DNA of 64,000 nucleotides, taken from an uncultured delta proteobacterium. GTDB lineage: Bacteria; Myxococcota; Myxococcia; Myxococcales; Anaeromyxobacteraceae. The stretch spans positions 128,001 to 192,000 of the forward strand of contig CAWJSR010000055.1 of the NCBI GenBank assembly GCA_963845515.1, in the 5' to 3' direction. Positions 1-8,859 of this stretch are shown one piece after another; the stretch's first letter is position 1; every line of letters starts with the position of its first letter. The translations under genes were made by a program, and so were the position numbers. The notes under the pieces were generated by a model. That model searched no databases. It saw only the letters and a list, made by a program, of their open reading frames with translations, and had not been told where the DNA came from.

Positions 1-2783
1 AGCCCCTGGCCGTGGCACCAGTTGGTGCAGGTCGGCGTGGTCGGCCAGCCGTGGCTGGCGACCGCACCGGTGATCGGGGTGGGCGCCGTGCCGTTCGACC
101 TGGCCAGGGTTCCCCAGTCCACGTCCGCCGCCCCATCCCTGTGGGTGTAGGTCGCGTGGCAATCGTCGCAGAGGAGCGGGTTGGTCCGGAAGTTGGTGCG
201 GTCCAGGTGGATCATGTGGCCGTCGCCGGTCGTGACCTGGCCGGTCGGCACCGGGGACGCCAGCGCGGGTGGCGCCGCCGTGAGGTGCTCGTCGGTGTTC
301 AGGACGCCTGCCGTGCGGCTCTCCAGGCCGTGGCAGGTGAAGCACACTCCCTTCATCCCCTTCTTGTGATCGTGGCAGCCGATGCAGTTGCCGCCCGTCT
401 CGTGGGTCTTGTTGAGGCCATCGTTCGTGTAGAACGCTGTCTGCGTGTGGCACACCTGGCACACGCCGTTGTTGGCGGCGTTGTACGGGCCGCCCACGAC
501 GCCTCCCGTGTTGCTGCGGTACACGACCGTTCGAGCCGCCTCGTCCTGCGAATACGAGGGCGGCGTGATCAGCTCGCGGATGAGGCCGATGTTCCGCGTC
601 AAGTGGCTGGTGTGGCAGTCGCGACAGGCGAGCGACCAGGAGCCCTTCTTGTTGCTGGTCGACTCAGAGCTGTGGGTCATGACCCCCGCGTGGCAGTCGC
701 TGCAGAGCTGGCTCGAGTTGTCGCGGACGAGCAGGTTGCCGTCGCCCTTCTTCGTCGCGTCGTAGGTGACCGAGACCTTGCGGGAGAGGACGCTCTCGGC
801 GACCGGCAGCTTCGTGTTGAACGCCTTGACCTGAAGCGTTCGCACTCCCGCCGTCAACGAGTTGACCTGGATCTCCCAGACGCCGCTGGTGGCGGTCGTG
901 CCGTAGCGCGCGCTGGGCAGCATTGTCCCGTAGTTCGCCCCGTCGATCTGCAGGGTGACGGCGCCGACGCTGACGCCACCGGTCGGGACGGAGACGCGCG
1001 CCTGGACGCGGAGCGGGAGCCCCACGGGGCCGCCGGCGGGGTTGATGATGGAGACGCTGGGCTTGGTCGAGTTGTCGCCGGTGTCCCCCTCGCCGACGTA
1101 GGCGGTCGGGGAGAACGGGCCGATCGAGAGGGAGGTCGCCGAGTAGTTGAGGCGCACGTCCCGGGCGAAGGCCTTGAAGTAGTACTGGGTGCCGGTGTTG
1201 AGGCCGGTGACGGGGCAGCCCTTCACGCCGGGGGCCGCGACGCAGCCGACCGTGCCGTCGCCGACGGTCTCGCTGCCGGAGTAGTTCACGCCCTCGGTCG
1301 GCACGCCGGTGGGGGCGCTGCCCACCTTGACGAGGACGATCACCTCGCCGCCAGTCGCGAAGTCGGCGTCGGATGGCTCGGTGGTCCAGGCGACGTTGAC
1401 CTGCCCGCTGCCCGCGGTTCCGCTCAACCCGCTGACGATCGGGGTCGGCGCAGTGTTGTCGAGGGTGAGGGTGGCGCTGCCCGGGTCCGTCCCGGTGACC
1501 GTCGAGGTGGTCGCGAGCGCGGTGATCCTGCCGGTGACGGTGGGAGAACCCGTGAAGAGCGCGTGATCCTTCGCCGTGACGCAGACGTAGTAGTTGGTCT
1601 GGGTCGTGGTCGCGCTGATGTTGCTGGTGAAGGTGAGCGCGTTCGCGCCGGCCGGCGGGCTCGAGGCCGTGACGTACGGCGTGCCGGTGCAGTCGGCGGC
1701 CGGGTAGATCCCGACGGCCGCGACCGGCGTGCCGGTCGAGTAGGTCAGCGTCACGGTGGCGCCGGTGACGGTGGAGGTGGCGCTGGAGGTGAGCGCGAAC
1801 GTGTCCACCGCGGCCTTCGCGTTCGGCGCGATCGGGGTGGTCGTCGACTCGGAGGTGCCGGTCTTGAAGTCCGCGAGGGTGAGGGTGACCACCGCCCCCG
1901 AGGGCGTGTAGGGCCCGACGGACGCAGATGTCGCCGAGAAGTTGAACTGCGCGTCGCGCGCGAAGGCCTTGAAGTAGTACGCCGAGCCGTTGGTGAGCGT
2001 GCCCGCCGTGCACGTCTTCACGCCCGGTGCGGCCACGCAGGCCACCACGCCGTCGCCGACCGTCTCTCCCCCGAGGTAGTCCGTGCCTTCCACCGGCGTC
2101 CCGGTCGGCGCCGCGCCGACCCTGCGCAGCACGACCACCTCGCCGCCGGCGATGAAGTCGGCGTCCGAGGGCTCGGTCGTCCAGGAGACGACGACCTGCG
2201 TGTTGCCGGCGCTGCCGGAGAGGCCGGAGACGACCGGGCTCGGCGCCAGGTTGTCGACCGTGAAGGTGTTCGCCGAGTCGGTCCCCGCGCCAACCGCCGG
2301 GTTGGTCGCCGACACGTAGGCGCTCACGGAGATGTTGGTCTGCGAGGAGAGCGTCGAGTGGCCGTCGAACGTCGCAGTGACCGAGCACGTCGAAGCGGTG
2401 CCGGTCACGCCAAGGCTCGGGGACAGCGTGAGGGTCGGCGCGGCCACCGGGTTGGTGGCGGTTGCCGTCGAGATGGTGCCGGTCCCGCCCGCCGTGCACG
2501 TCACGGTGACGCTGGCGAAGTCTGCATTTCCGGTGAGAGCGAGGGTGACGGTCGTGACTGTGTAGTTCTTGACGCCCCCCGTTCCCGTGAGAGTGAAGGA
2601 GTCGAGCGTCACGTTGGAGGCGCCGGGGGCCACGGTCGCCCCCGCCGGATCGGTGTCGGTGGCGAGGGTGAGCGTGGCGCTGGCGATACCGGGGATCGTG
2701 GCGAGCAACGCCGCCGCAAGGGTTCCAAGCGCGGAGCCGCGGATCCGATCCAGCTTCGAGCACCCGTTCGTACGCTTCGTCAT
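1..2783 (-). CDS. Large secreted multiheme c-type cytochrome (CxxCH / CxnCH family) with N-terminal Thr/Ser-rich Ig/FN3-like repeats; C-terminus runs off the window start
   Basis: Not in the ORF track because it has no stop in the window. Manual translation from ATG 2783 (RBS GAGGG): MTKRTNGCSKLDRIRGSALGTLAAALLATIPGIASA-TLTL... stays open to base 3. Heme motifs CSDCH, CRDCH, CQVCH, CIGCH, CFTCH, CDDCH and an atypical CTNWCH; two copies of a ~100-aa module ending YYFKAFARD. Confidence 0.9.
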   Translation of the reverse strand, partial: MTKRTNGCSKLDRIRGSALGTLAAALLATIPGIASATLTLATDTDPAGATVAPGASNVTLDSFTLTGTGGVKNYTVTTVTLALTGNADFASVTVTCTAGGTGTISTATATNPVAAPTLTLSPSLGVTGTASTCSVTATFDGHSTLSSQTNISVSAYVSATNPAVGAGTDSANTFTVDNLAPSPVVSGLSGSAGNTQVVVSWTTEPSDADFIAGGEVVVLRRVGAAPTGTPVEGTDYLGGETVGDGVVACVAAPGVKTCTAGTLTNGSAYYFKAFARDAQFNFSATSASVGPYTPSGAVVTLTLADFKTGTSESTTTPIAPNAKAAVDTFALTSSATSTVTGATVTLTYSTGTPVAAVGIYPAADCTGTPYVTASSPPAGANALTFTSNISATTTQTNYYVCVTAKDHALFTGSPTVTGRITALATTSTVTGTDPGSATLTLDNTAPTPIVSGLSGTAGSGQVNVAWTTEPSDADFATGGEVIVLVKVGSAPTGVPTEGVNYSGSETVGDGTVGCVAAPGVKGCPVTGLNTGTQYYFKAFARDVRLNYSATSLSIGPFSPTAYVGEGDTGDNSTKPSVSIINPAGGPVGLPLRVQARVSVPTGGVSVGAVTLQIDGANYGTMLPSARYGTTATSGVWEIQVNSLTAGVRTLQVKAFNTKLPVAESVLSRKVSVTYDATKKGDGNLLVRDNSSQLCSDCHAGVMTHSSESTSNKKGSWSLACRDCHTSHLTRNIGLIRELITPPSYSQDEAARTVVYRSNTGGVVGGPYNAANNGVCQVCHTQTAFYTNDGLNKTHETGGNCIGCHDHKKGMKGVCFTCHGLESRTAGVLNTDEHLTAAPPALASPVPTGQVTTGDGHMIHLDRTNFRTNPLLCDDCHATYTHRDGAADVDWGTLARSNGTAPTPITGAVASHGWPTTPTCTNWCHGQG

Positions 2784-2961
2784 CACGCCACCCTCACATT
2801 CAGCTCGACCAAGGCCGCACCCTCGCCCGCACGCAAAGTCACACTCGAACCGGCCATCAGAACCGACGCCTCCACGCTCTCTCGACCTTCGTGGATGTGT
2901 GCGTAATTCTGGGACATTCGGCTACCTCGCGGTTCGAAGACACAAGTCCGCTGAGACCAAG

Positions 2962-2977
2962 TGCAAGCGACGGGCCC
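2962..2977 (-). promoter_or_regulatory. Candidate sigma54 (-24/-12) promoter for the multiheme cytochrome
   Basis: Minus strand GGGCCC-GTCGC-TTGCA has GG-N10-GC spacing, ~180 nt upstream of the start; imperfect -24 box. Confidence 0.35.
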
Positions 2978-3112
2978 CGAAGAGGCCCGCGCATGATTCA
3001 GGCGTGCTCACGCAGAAACGTTCTGTACTCCCCTGAAACGCAGCCTCTTCGCTGTTTCCCTACAGACTACCCCCATTAGGGCCATGCGGCGCATCGCGCA
3101 GGCTGCGCCTTT

Positions 3113-4625
3113 TCACCCAGCCGCCCGCTTCCCCGGCTTCGCCTCCGGCGCGTCCGCCGCCGGGAGCACCATCTCCACCATCCGCTGGTGCAGCCCCCCG
3201 CCGGCGAAGTCGAACTGCTCGCCGTAGTCCTTCATCATCTGCTTGAAGGCGGAGAGCATGTAGCGGCGCTTGAAGCCGTCCGGGAGCGCGAGGACCTCGC
3301 GCATCTTGCGCGAGTAGAAGGTCATGTAGCACTTGCCCAGCGCGCCGGTGACGTCCTCGAGCGACATCGCGTACGGCTCGATGATCGGCGTGACCAGGTT
3401 GTACTTCGAGTAGTCGAAGACCCGGATCCGGTCCTTCATCTGCTCGAAGAGCGGCGTGAAGGGCATCGGCGTCACCACCGGGAAGACGGCGATGTCCGGG
3501 TTGAGCCGGATCGCCTCCTGCGCGGTCTTCTCGATCGACTCCCACGTCTCGGTCGGGAAGCCGATCATGAACGACGCCTCGGTCATGATGTCGGCGTCGC
3601 GCAGCAGGTCGAGCGCGCGCTTGTTCATGTCGACGTCGGTGCCCTTGTTGAGGCTGTCGAGCATCTCGTCGGAGCTGCTCTCCGCGCCCACGTAGACGTG
3701 GATGATGCCGGCGTCGCGGTACTTCGCGAGGATGTCCGCGTCCCGGATGATGTCCTCGACGCGCGTCTCGATGAGGAGCTGCACGCCGAGCTTCGCCTCG
3801 ATGAGGAGGTCGAGCAGCCGCTCCCAGCGCTCCCGGTCGTGGGTCGGGTAGGCGTCGATGAGCGTGATGAACTCGACCTCGTACGTCGTCGACCAGGTGG
3901 CGCATCTCGTCGACGACCTTCACCGGGTCGCGCGCGCGCCAGTCGCCGCGCCAGAAGAGGCGCTGGCTGCAGAAGGAGCAGCCCATCATGCAGCCGCGCG
4001 ACGTGAGGACGGAGGCCATCCGGCCCCAGGGCTCGATGTTGTAGTGGTAGTCGTCCCAGTCGAGCAGGTGCCACGCCGGCCTCGAGCGCGTCGAGGTCGG
4101 CGATGTGCGGGCGCATCGGCGGGGTGACGACGTCGCCGTCCCGCGCAGGAAGGCGATCCCCTTGACGCCCGAGGCGTCGCCGGCGGGGAGCGCGCCGAGC
4201 AGCTCCACCAGCGTCTCCTCCGGCTCGCCGCGCAGGACGTAGTCCACGCGGTTGGCGGGGTCCTCGAGGATCTCCTCGTACATGAAGGTCGGGTGCGGGC
4301 CGCCGATGATCGTCACGATCCGGGGGTTCGACCTCCTTCGCGATCGCGAGCGACCTTCAGCGCCGCCGGCACCGTGGCGGTGCTGATCGCGCCGGTCACC
4401 GGGAGGTAGTCGAGCGTCATCACGACGTCGGGGCGCGCAGCGCTCGATCTCGCGCGCGGACGTCGTCGAAGGAGTGCTTCTTGTTCATCGCGTCGAAGAT
4501 CTTCGCCTCGTGACCCGGCCGTCGATCGCCGCGCCCGCCAGGTAGGCGAGGTGCAGCGGCGGCCACGTGCCGATGACCTGCACGCCCCAGCAGGCGTACG
4601 GCGGCGTCACGAAGAGAACCTTCAT
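3113..4625 (-). CDS. Cobalamin-binding radical SAM protein (class B methyltransferase/BchE-like family), split by several frameshifts
   Basis: Fragments across frames: MKVLFVTPPY...WPPLHLAYLAG, IIGGPHPTF...VDYVLRGEPEE, TSRGCMMGCSFC (CxxxCxxC), VYVGAES...LNKG...FMIGFPTET. Confidence 0.85.
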
Positions 4626-4879
4626 CCACGACCTCCGCGTGGGCGAGCGCACGCGACCCCTCACGGCGCGTCCAGCCACGACTTCGGTCCACTATACCGA
4701 TCGTTTCGCCGGTCGTCGCTCCCACTCCGCCATACACCGGCGCGGATAGTCTTGAAATTACGATTACCTGGGGGCGACGACCCTCGCGCGTCCAGGGACC
4801 GCGGGACGAGGGAAACGAACCGGCCTTGCTCACGCGGGCGTCCTGTAGACTCCCCGCTCGACCGAAGTCCGGAGTCGCC

Positions 4880-5743
4880 ATGCCTCGACTCGCACCCATC
4901 TTCCTCCTCGCACTGTCGCTCATTGGCTGCGCCCACCGCCTGCCGCGCGTGTTGAGTGAGTCCAGGTCCCAGCACAACGACTTGATCGTGATCGAGGAGA
5001 TGGCTGGCGTCCGTTCACTCCGCTTCGAGCGCCACGGCGTCATCCAGAGCCTGATTCGGATCGGCCACCCGCTGGACCTGCAGCTCGCCTACTCGAAGGC
5101 GGCGATGGCGGCCCTTGCGCTGGTCGAGAAGCCGCGGCGCATTCTCGTCGTCGGACTCGGGGGCGGGGCGATGCCCATGTTCCTGCGCACGACCCTCCCT
5201 GACGCGACGATCGACGTCGTGGACCTCGACCCCGCCGTCATCGAGATGGCGCGCCGCTTCTTCGGGTTCCGCGAAGACGACCGACTCCGCGCCTTCGCCG
5301 ACGACGGCCGCGCTTTCGTGGAAGGGTCCGACGGCAACTATGACCTGATCTTCCTCGATGCCTATGGGTCGTCGGACATCCCCCGGCATCTGGCGACGCT
5401 GGAGTTTCTCCGGACCGTTCGCGATCGCCTTTCACCGTCCGGCGTGGTGGTCGGGAACGTCTTTGGGGCGGACCAGAACCCGTCGTTCGGTGCGATGTAC
5501 CGGACCTACGCCGCCTCCTTCGACCAACTGTGCGTCTTCGAGACCCCTCTGAACGTCAACTGGATCTTCCTCGGCCGGGGGAGCGCTCCCACGTCCATCG
5601 ACGCCGAGCTCTCAGCGAAGGCCGCGGGACTCTCCGCGCGCTACGGCCTCCCCTTTGAAATCGGGCCATACGTGGAGCGGGGCTGCATGGCGCCGAAGGT
5701 GGATGGCGGTGAGGTGCTGCGCGACGGTCCGGCGCCGCCGTAG
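4880..5743 (+). CDS. Spermidine-synthase-like SAM-dependent transferase with predicted lipoprotein signal
   Basis: ILVVGLGGGAM, VDLDPAV, DDGRAFV, YDLIFLDAY motifs; N-terminus MPRLAPIFLLALSLIG-C; RBS GGAG before ATG 4880. Confidence 0.8.
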   Translation: MPRLAPIFLLALSLIGCAHRLPRVLSESRSQHNDLIVIEEMAGVRSLRFERHGVIQSLIRIGHPLDLQLAYSKAAMAALALVEKPRRILVVGLGGGAMPMFLRTTLPDATIDVVDLDPAVIEMARRFFGFREDDRLRAFADDGRAFVEGSDGNYDLIFLDAYGSSDIPRHLATLEFLRTVRDRLSPSGVVVGNVFGADQNPSFGAMYRTYAASFDQLCVFETPLNVNWIFLGRGSAPTSIDAELSAKAAGLSARYGLPFEIGPYVERGCMAPKVDGGEVLRDGPAPP

Positions 5744-5913
5744 CTGTGGTAGCGGCACCGCTGGCGCGAGCGCGGCGAAACCGCGCACGAGGCGCGCATC
5801 TAGGGTGTTTTCCGGAGGCGAGCACCGGTATCAAAGCCGGCGGCTCCCGTACTCCTCCCAATATCGACGCCGCCCGGGATGCGAGAGAGTGGAATCAAGA
5901 AAGGGAGCACGAC

Positions 5914-6318
5914 ATGACCCGGTACGAGAGCAACGCGACGGTGAAGAGCGGCTACTACTTCAACCCCATCACCATGAGCATCGTCCCGGTCTCCCGTGAC
6001 GGCGAGCGGCTCCCGAACGAGAAGGGCACCTGGTTCGCCATCCCGTGGGTCGCTGCGCTCGCGCTGACGCCCCTCCTCGGCGCCCTCTTCCTCATGTTCC
6101 TCCCGATGATCGGCTTCGTCCTCTTCGCGCAGGCGGCCGGCGTCAAGGTCGCGGGCGTCTTCCGCGGCGGCGCGGGCGAGCTCGTCGTCCCCGGCTACGC
6201 CCCCGGCATGGCGCACCTCACCGGCAAGGAGGCCACTGGTGAGAAGAAGGAGGGCGAGGTGAAGCCCGCCCCCGAGCTCGAGAAGCTGCAGAAGGAGATC
6301 GAGGAGAAGCGGAAGTAG
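5914..6318 (+). CDS. Hypothetical membrane protein (134 aa)
   Basis: RBS AGGGAG, ATG 5914, strong GC3 codon bias, hydrophobic core WVAALALTPLLGALFLMFLPMIGFVLFA, charged tail. Confidence 0.75.
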   Translation: MTRYESNATVKSGYYFNPITMSIVPVSRDGERLPNEKGTWFAIPWVAALALTPLLGALFLMFLPMIGFVLFAQAAGVKVAGVFRGGAGELVVPGYAPGMAHLTGKEATGEKKEGEVKPAPELEKLQKEIEEKRK

Positions 6319-6320
6319 CG

Positions 6321-6372
6321 CCCCCTCACCCTGCCCTCACCTGCCCTCTCCTCCGCAGCGCGGGGGAGAGGG
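6321..6372. repeat. REP-like palindromic element (CCCTCACC...CCCTCTCC-loop-GGGAGAGGG), copy 1
   Basis: ccccctcaccctgccctcacctgccctctcctccgcagcgcgggggagaggg; related copies at ~8787, 21570, 24399, 30911, 34928, 40729. Confidence 0.7.
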
Positions 6373-6439
6373 TTGTTCTTTGGGGGGCAGCGCTCTTCGC
6401 TCGGTGGGAGGGCTTTCTCTTTGGCTCCGCAGCGCTATC

Positions 6440-6741
6440 ATGGCTCCGATGCTACGCGACGACGTCCTCGGGAAGATCGCGGCCCACGAGGCCGAGCTTC
6501 GCGCCATGGGCGTCAAGCGGCTTCTGCTTTTCGGCTCCGTCGCCCGGGGGCAGGAGCGCGCCGAGAGTGACGTCGACTTCCTCGTCGAGTTCGACGGCCG
6601 GCCGGTAGGCTACTTCCACCTCTTCAAGGTCCAGCGCCAGCTCGAGGAGTGGGTCGGGCGCAAGGTCGATTTGGCACGGTCGCCAGCCTCCGGCGCGAGC
6701 TCCGGGACGAAGTGCTCGCCGAGGCAGAGCGTGCAGCGTAG
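6440..6741 (+). CDS. mntA: MNT (minimal nucleotidyltransferase) antitoxin; 1-bp frameshift near 6675
   Basis: LFGSVARG...SDVDFLVEF motif. Shifting frame after KVDL gives the expected tail TVASLRRELRDEVLAEAERAA* ending TAG 6739-6741. Confidence 0.85.
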
Positions 6742-7075
6742 AGACTGGCGACTGCGGGCAGCCGACATCGTCTCCGCGGCCGAGAGGCTCGAGCGCTACA
6801 CCCGCGATGCCGGCTTCGAGCAGTTCCAGGCGAGCGAGCAACTGATCGCGGCGGTCAGCTACGAACTGCTCGTCATCGGCGAGGCCGCGAAGAGCATCCC
6901 GGCCGAGGTGCAAGCCGCTGCGCCCGCCCTGGATTGGGCAGGCATGCGCGGCATGAGGAACGTCGTCGCGCACGAGTACTTCGGCGTCGACCTCAAGGTG
7001 GTCTGGGACACGGCGACGCGGGATGTTCCGGAAATCGTGGAGCCGCTCCGGGCGCTCCTCGCTGCGGCGCGCTGA
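6731..7075 (+). CDS. hepT: HEPN/DUF86 ribonuclease toxin
   Basis: GTG 6731 overlaps the MNT end; IGEAAK and RNVVAHEY (R-X4-H-X-Y) motifs. Confidence 0.85.
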   Translation: MQRRDWRLRAADIVSAAERLERYTRDAGFEQFQASEQLIAAVSYELLVIGEAAKSIPAEVQAAAPALDWAGMRGMRNVVAHEYFGVDLKVVWDTATRDVPEIVEPLRALLAAAR

Positions 7076-7083
7076 AGCTCAGT

Positions 7084-7275
7084 TCATGGAGTCAGCTCGG
7101 CCACGCGGATCGCGAAACGCTCGAGGGCGTCCAGGTGGCGCGGCGCCTCGGCGAGCAGGCGGCTCCAGTCGAGCGAGCCGTACTGGTGTGCGATGCGATT
7201 GCGCAGGCTGGCGGCGTCGCTCAGTGGCGGCGTCGCTCAGGGCGGAGGCAAGGGCGTGGTCAACCACCGCGCGCC
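7084..7275 (-). pseudogene. C-terminal remnant of a second HEPN/DUF86 gene, interrupted by a 16-bp tandem duplication
   Basis: Removing one copy of TGGCGGCGTCGCTCAG (7209-7224 / 7225-7240) restores VVDHALASALSDAASLRNRIAHQYGSLDWSRLLAEAPRHLDALERFAIRVAELTP*; no N-terminal half is visible. Confidence 0.7.
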
Positions 7276-7327
7276 CCATCGACGTGGAGGGCACGGCGCC
7301 TGACGGCCTCCGCGCATCGGCGGGCGC

Positions 7328-7759
7328 TCACTCGACCAGCGGGTTCCGCCAGCGGAGTCCAGGGAAGCGGGCGAAGTCCGCATCGTTCGAGTGGACGACG
7401 CACCGGTGCTCGATTGCGAGGGCGGCGAGGTGAGCGTCCGTCGTGAGGTTCCCCCCCACTCCCACCGCCCCAAGCAGGCGGCCGAGCACGTCGAGGTGCC
7501 GGGCCCCGGGGTCCAGCGCCTCCACGTTCGTCCGCTCGAACCAGGACTGAACGTGCGCCATGGCCCGGGCGGGCGCGAGCGGTGTCGAGAGGACCGCGGG
7601 GTGGGTCATGATCCGGATGAACCCACAGGTCACGGCCCACGGCAGCCCGACGCCCTCGGAGCCGCTGAGCAGCTCCTCCCACCAGCGCCGGGCAGCGGCA
7701 TGGTCACGCGCCGTCCCGGTTGTACGGCGTAGACCAGGCAGGTTCACGTCGGGCATGAT
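7328..7759 (-). CDS. vapC: VapC PIN-domain toxin (indel noise near N-terminus)
   Basis: PDVNL(LVYA)...HAAARRWWEELLSG...GNLTTDAHLAALAIEH...SNDADFARFPGLRWRNPL. Confidence 0.85.
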   Translation of the reverse strand: MMPDVNLPGLRRTTGTARDHAAARRWWEELLSGSEGVGLPWAVTCGFIRIMTHPAVLSTPLAPARAMAHVQSWFERTNVEALDPGARHLDVLGRLLGAVGVGGNLTTDAHLAALAIEHRCVVHSNDADFARFPGLRWRNPLVE

Positions 7760-8030
7760 CGACCGGGAGGGGCCGGCCTTCCGCGTAGAAGTTCCTCCGC
7801 CTCCGAGCTGATCCCGCGAGCTGGTTCAGCCTCGCCTGGTCGACGCCGGGGAGGAACCCTCCCGAGTGCGGCTCGACGACGAAGGGGCGCGGGCATCCGC
7901 CCTCTCCTGCCCGGCCAGCCCACGTCGCAGCACCTCGTCGAGGGTGCGCCTTGAAGGAGCGACGTTCGAGATGGGCCAGCTTCTTGAGCTTGGCCGCGAC
8001 ATCGTCGTCTAGCGTGACCGTGGTCCGCAT
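7756..8030 (-). CDS. vapB: VapB-type antitoxin (frameshifted; end approximate)
   Basis: MRTTVTLDDDVAAKLKKLAHLERRSFK...LRRGL...FVVEPHSGGFLPGVDQARLNQLA; directly upstream of vapC. Confidence 0.8.
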
Positions 8031-8035
8031 GGAGA

Positions 8036-8065
8036 GCATCATGATGCGCGCCTATGTGCCGTCAA
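8036..8065 (-). promoter_or_regulatory. vapBC promoter/operator
   Basis: Perfect palindrome GCATCATGATGC (8036-8047) just upstream of the ATG; TTGACG -35-like hexamer at 8060-8065. Confidence 0.5.
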
Positions 8066-8123
8066 GGTGCCAGGAGGCTTCCCAAGGCCAACCTCACAAG
8101 CGTCGGACGCTCCCCGTCGGCCC

Positions 8124-8513
8124 TCAGCCCCCGGTCTTCAGCTGCTGGATCCGCTGATGCGACACGCCCAGCATCGCGGCGGCGTCGCGCACCGAGAGGC
8201 CGTACTGGTGCGTGAGCTCCTTTGCCAGCAGGACGGTCGCCTTCTGGGCGTCGGCATACAGCTCGTCGGCGCGCTCCCGGGCCGCCGTCGCACGCTTCAG
8301 CGAGCGCAGCAGCTTCGCTGGAAGCTTCACGTCGTCCACGAGCTCTGCACGGGCAGCCGCCGCGTCGCCGACGGCCAGCGCGAGCGCTTCGCGCACCCGG
8401 CGCCGCGCGCTGGCGATCGTGCGGCCGTCGCTGTTGACGCCGGCGACGCCGTGCAGCTCGGCGATCCACCAGCCTCCCTCGTCCCGCTCGTATGTAACGG
8501 TGTACTTGGCCAT
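8124..8513 (-). CDS. hicB: HicB-family antitoxin with C-terminal HTH
   Basis: MAKYTVTYERDEGGWWIAELHGVAGVNSDGRTIASARRRVREAL; C-terminal LSVRDAAAMLGVSHQRIQQL; RBS AGGAGG. Confidence 0.85.
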   Translation of the reverse strand: MAKYTVTYERDEGGWWIAELHGVAGVNSDGRTIASARRRVREALALAVGDAAAARAELVDDVKLPAKLLRSLKRATAARERADELYADAQKATVLLAKELTHQYGLSVRDAAAMLGVSHQRIQQLKTGG

Positions 8514-8521
8514 GGCACCTC

Positions 8522-8728
8522 CTACGCACCCCGTAGCCACCCAGCGCCCAGGCATGGCGCGAGCTGGCGCTCGATCGACCTCAGGGTCCCGGCCGGGATA
8601 TCCCGGGACCCGTGGTCCGGAACCGTGGCGAAGCATCCGCCGGCCCGGACGCGCACGTGAGAGCCCTTCTGGCGGACGACCTCGCCGCCGAGATCCTTGA
8701 TTCGAAGAAGGACCTGCCGAGCGTTCAC
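8522..8728 (-). CDS. hicA: HicA-family mRNA interferase toxin
   Basis: 68 aa; RQKGSHVRV...TVPDHGSRDIPAGTLRSIERQL. Confidence 0.9.
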   Translation of the reverse strand: MNARQVLLRIKDLGGEVVRQKGSHVRVRAGGCFATVPDHGSRDIPAGTLRSIERQLAPCLGAGWLRGA

Positions 8729-8737
8729 GAGCTAATC

Positions 8738-8775
8738 GTGTCAGCTGCGCGTACACGTGTCAATGCGGTAGACAC
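8738..8775 (-). promoter_or_regulatory. hicAB promoter with two tandem 19-bp imperfect palindromes (putative HicB operators)
   Basis: GTGTCAGCTGCGCGTACAC (8738-8756) and GTGTCAATGCGGTAGACAC (8757-8775); consensus TTGACA on the minus strand at 8758-8763. Confidence 0.6.
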
Positions 8776-8786
8776 CCATAGGGGAG

Positions 8787-8836
8787 TGCCCTTCCCCCTC
8801 ATGCAGCTTCTCCCCCAACGTGTTGGGGGAGAAGGG
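8787..8836. repeat. REP-like hairpin, degenerate copy
   Basis: cccttcccccctcatgcagcttctcccccaacgtgttgggggagaaggg, with stem CTTCTCCCCCAAC/GTTGGGGGAGAAG. Confidence 0.55.
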
Positions 8837-8859
8837 CCAGCGCCGCCGGCCCATCGCGT

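Noticed and set aside
12..2906. 964-aa + strand ORF, and similar long Arg/Gly-rich ORFs such as 15465..18209, 39483..42620 and 47971..51237
   Set aside because: These are antisense or off-frame shadows of real genes in high-GC DNA and have no recognisable motifs of their own.
2790..3110. Cyclic-dinucleotide (GEMM) riboswitch upstream of the cytochrome
   Set aside because: It would be plausible in this context, but I could not find the conserved two-hairpin GEMM pattern by eye; an Rfam scan would settle it.
3113..4625. bchE, implying photosynthesis
   Set aside because: The similarity is at family level only, and there are no other bch or puf genes.
6380..7075. Apparent natural MNT-HEPN fusion protein
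   Set aside because: A one-base shift near 6675 restores a normal MNT C-terminus with its own stop overlapping a GTG-start hepT, so it is most likely an indel error.
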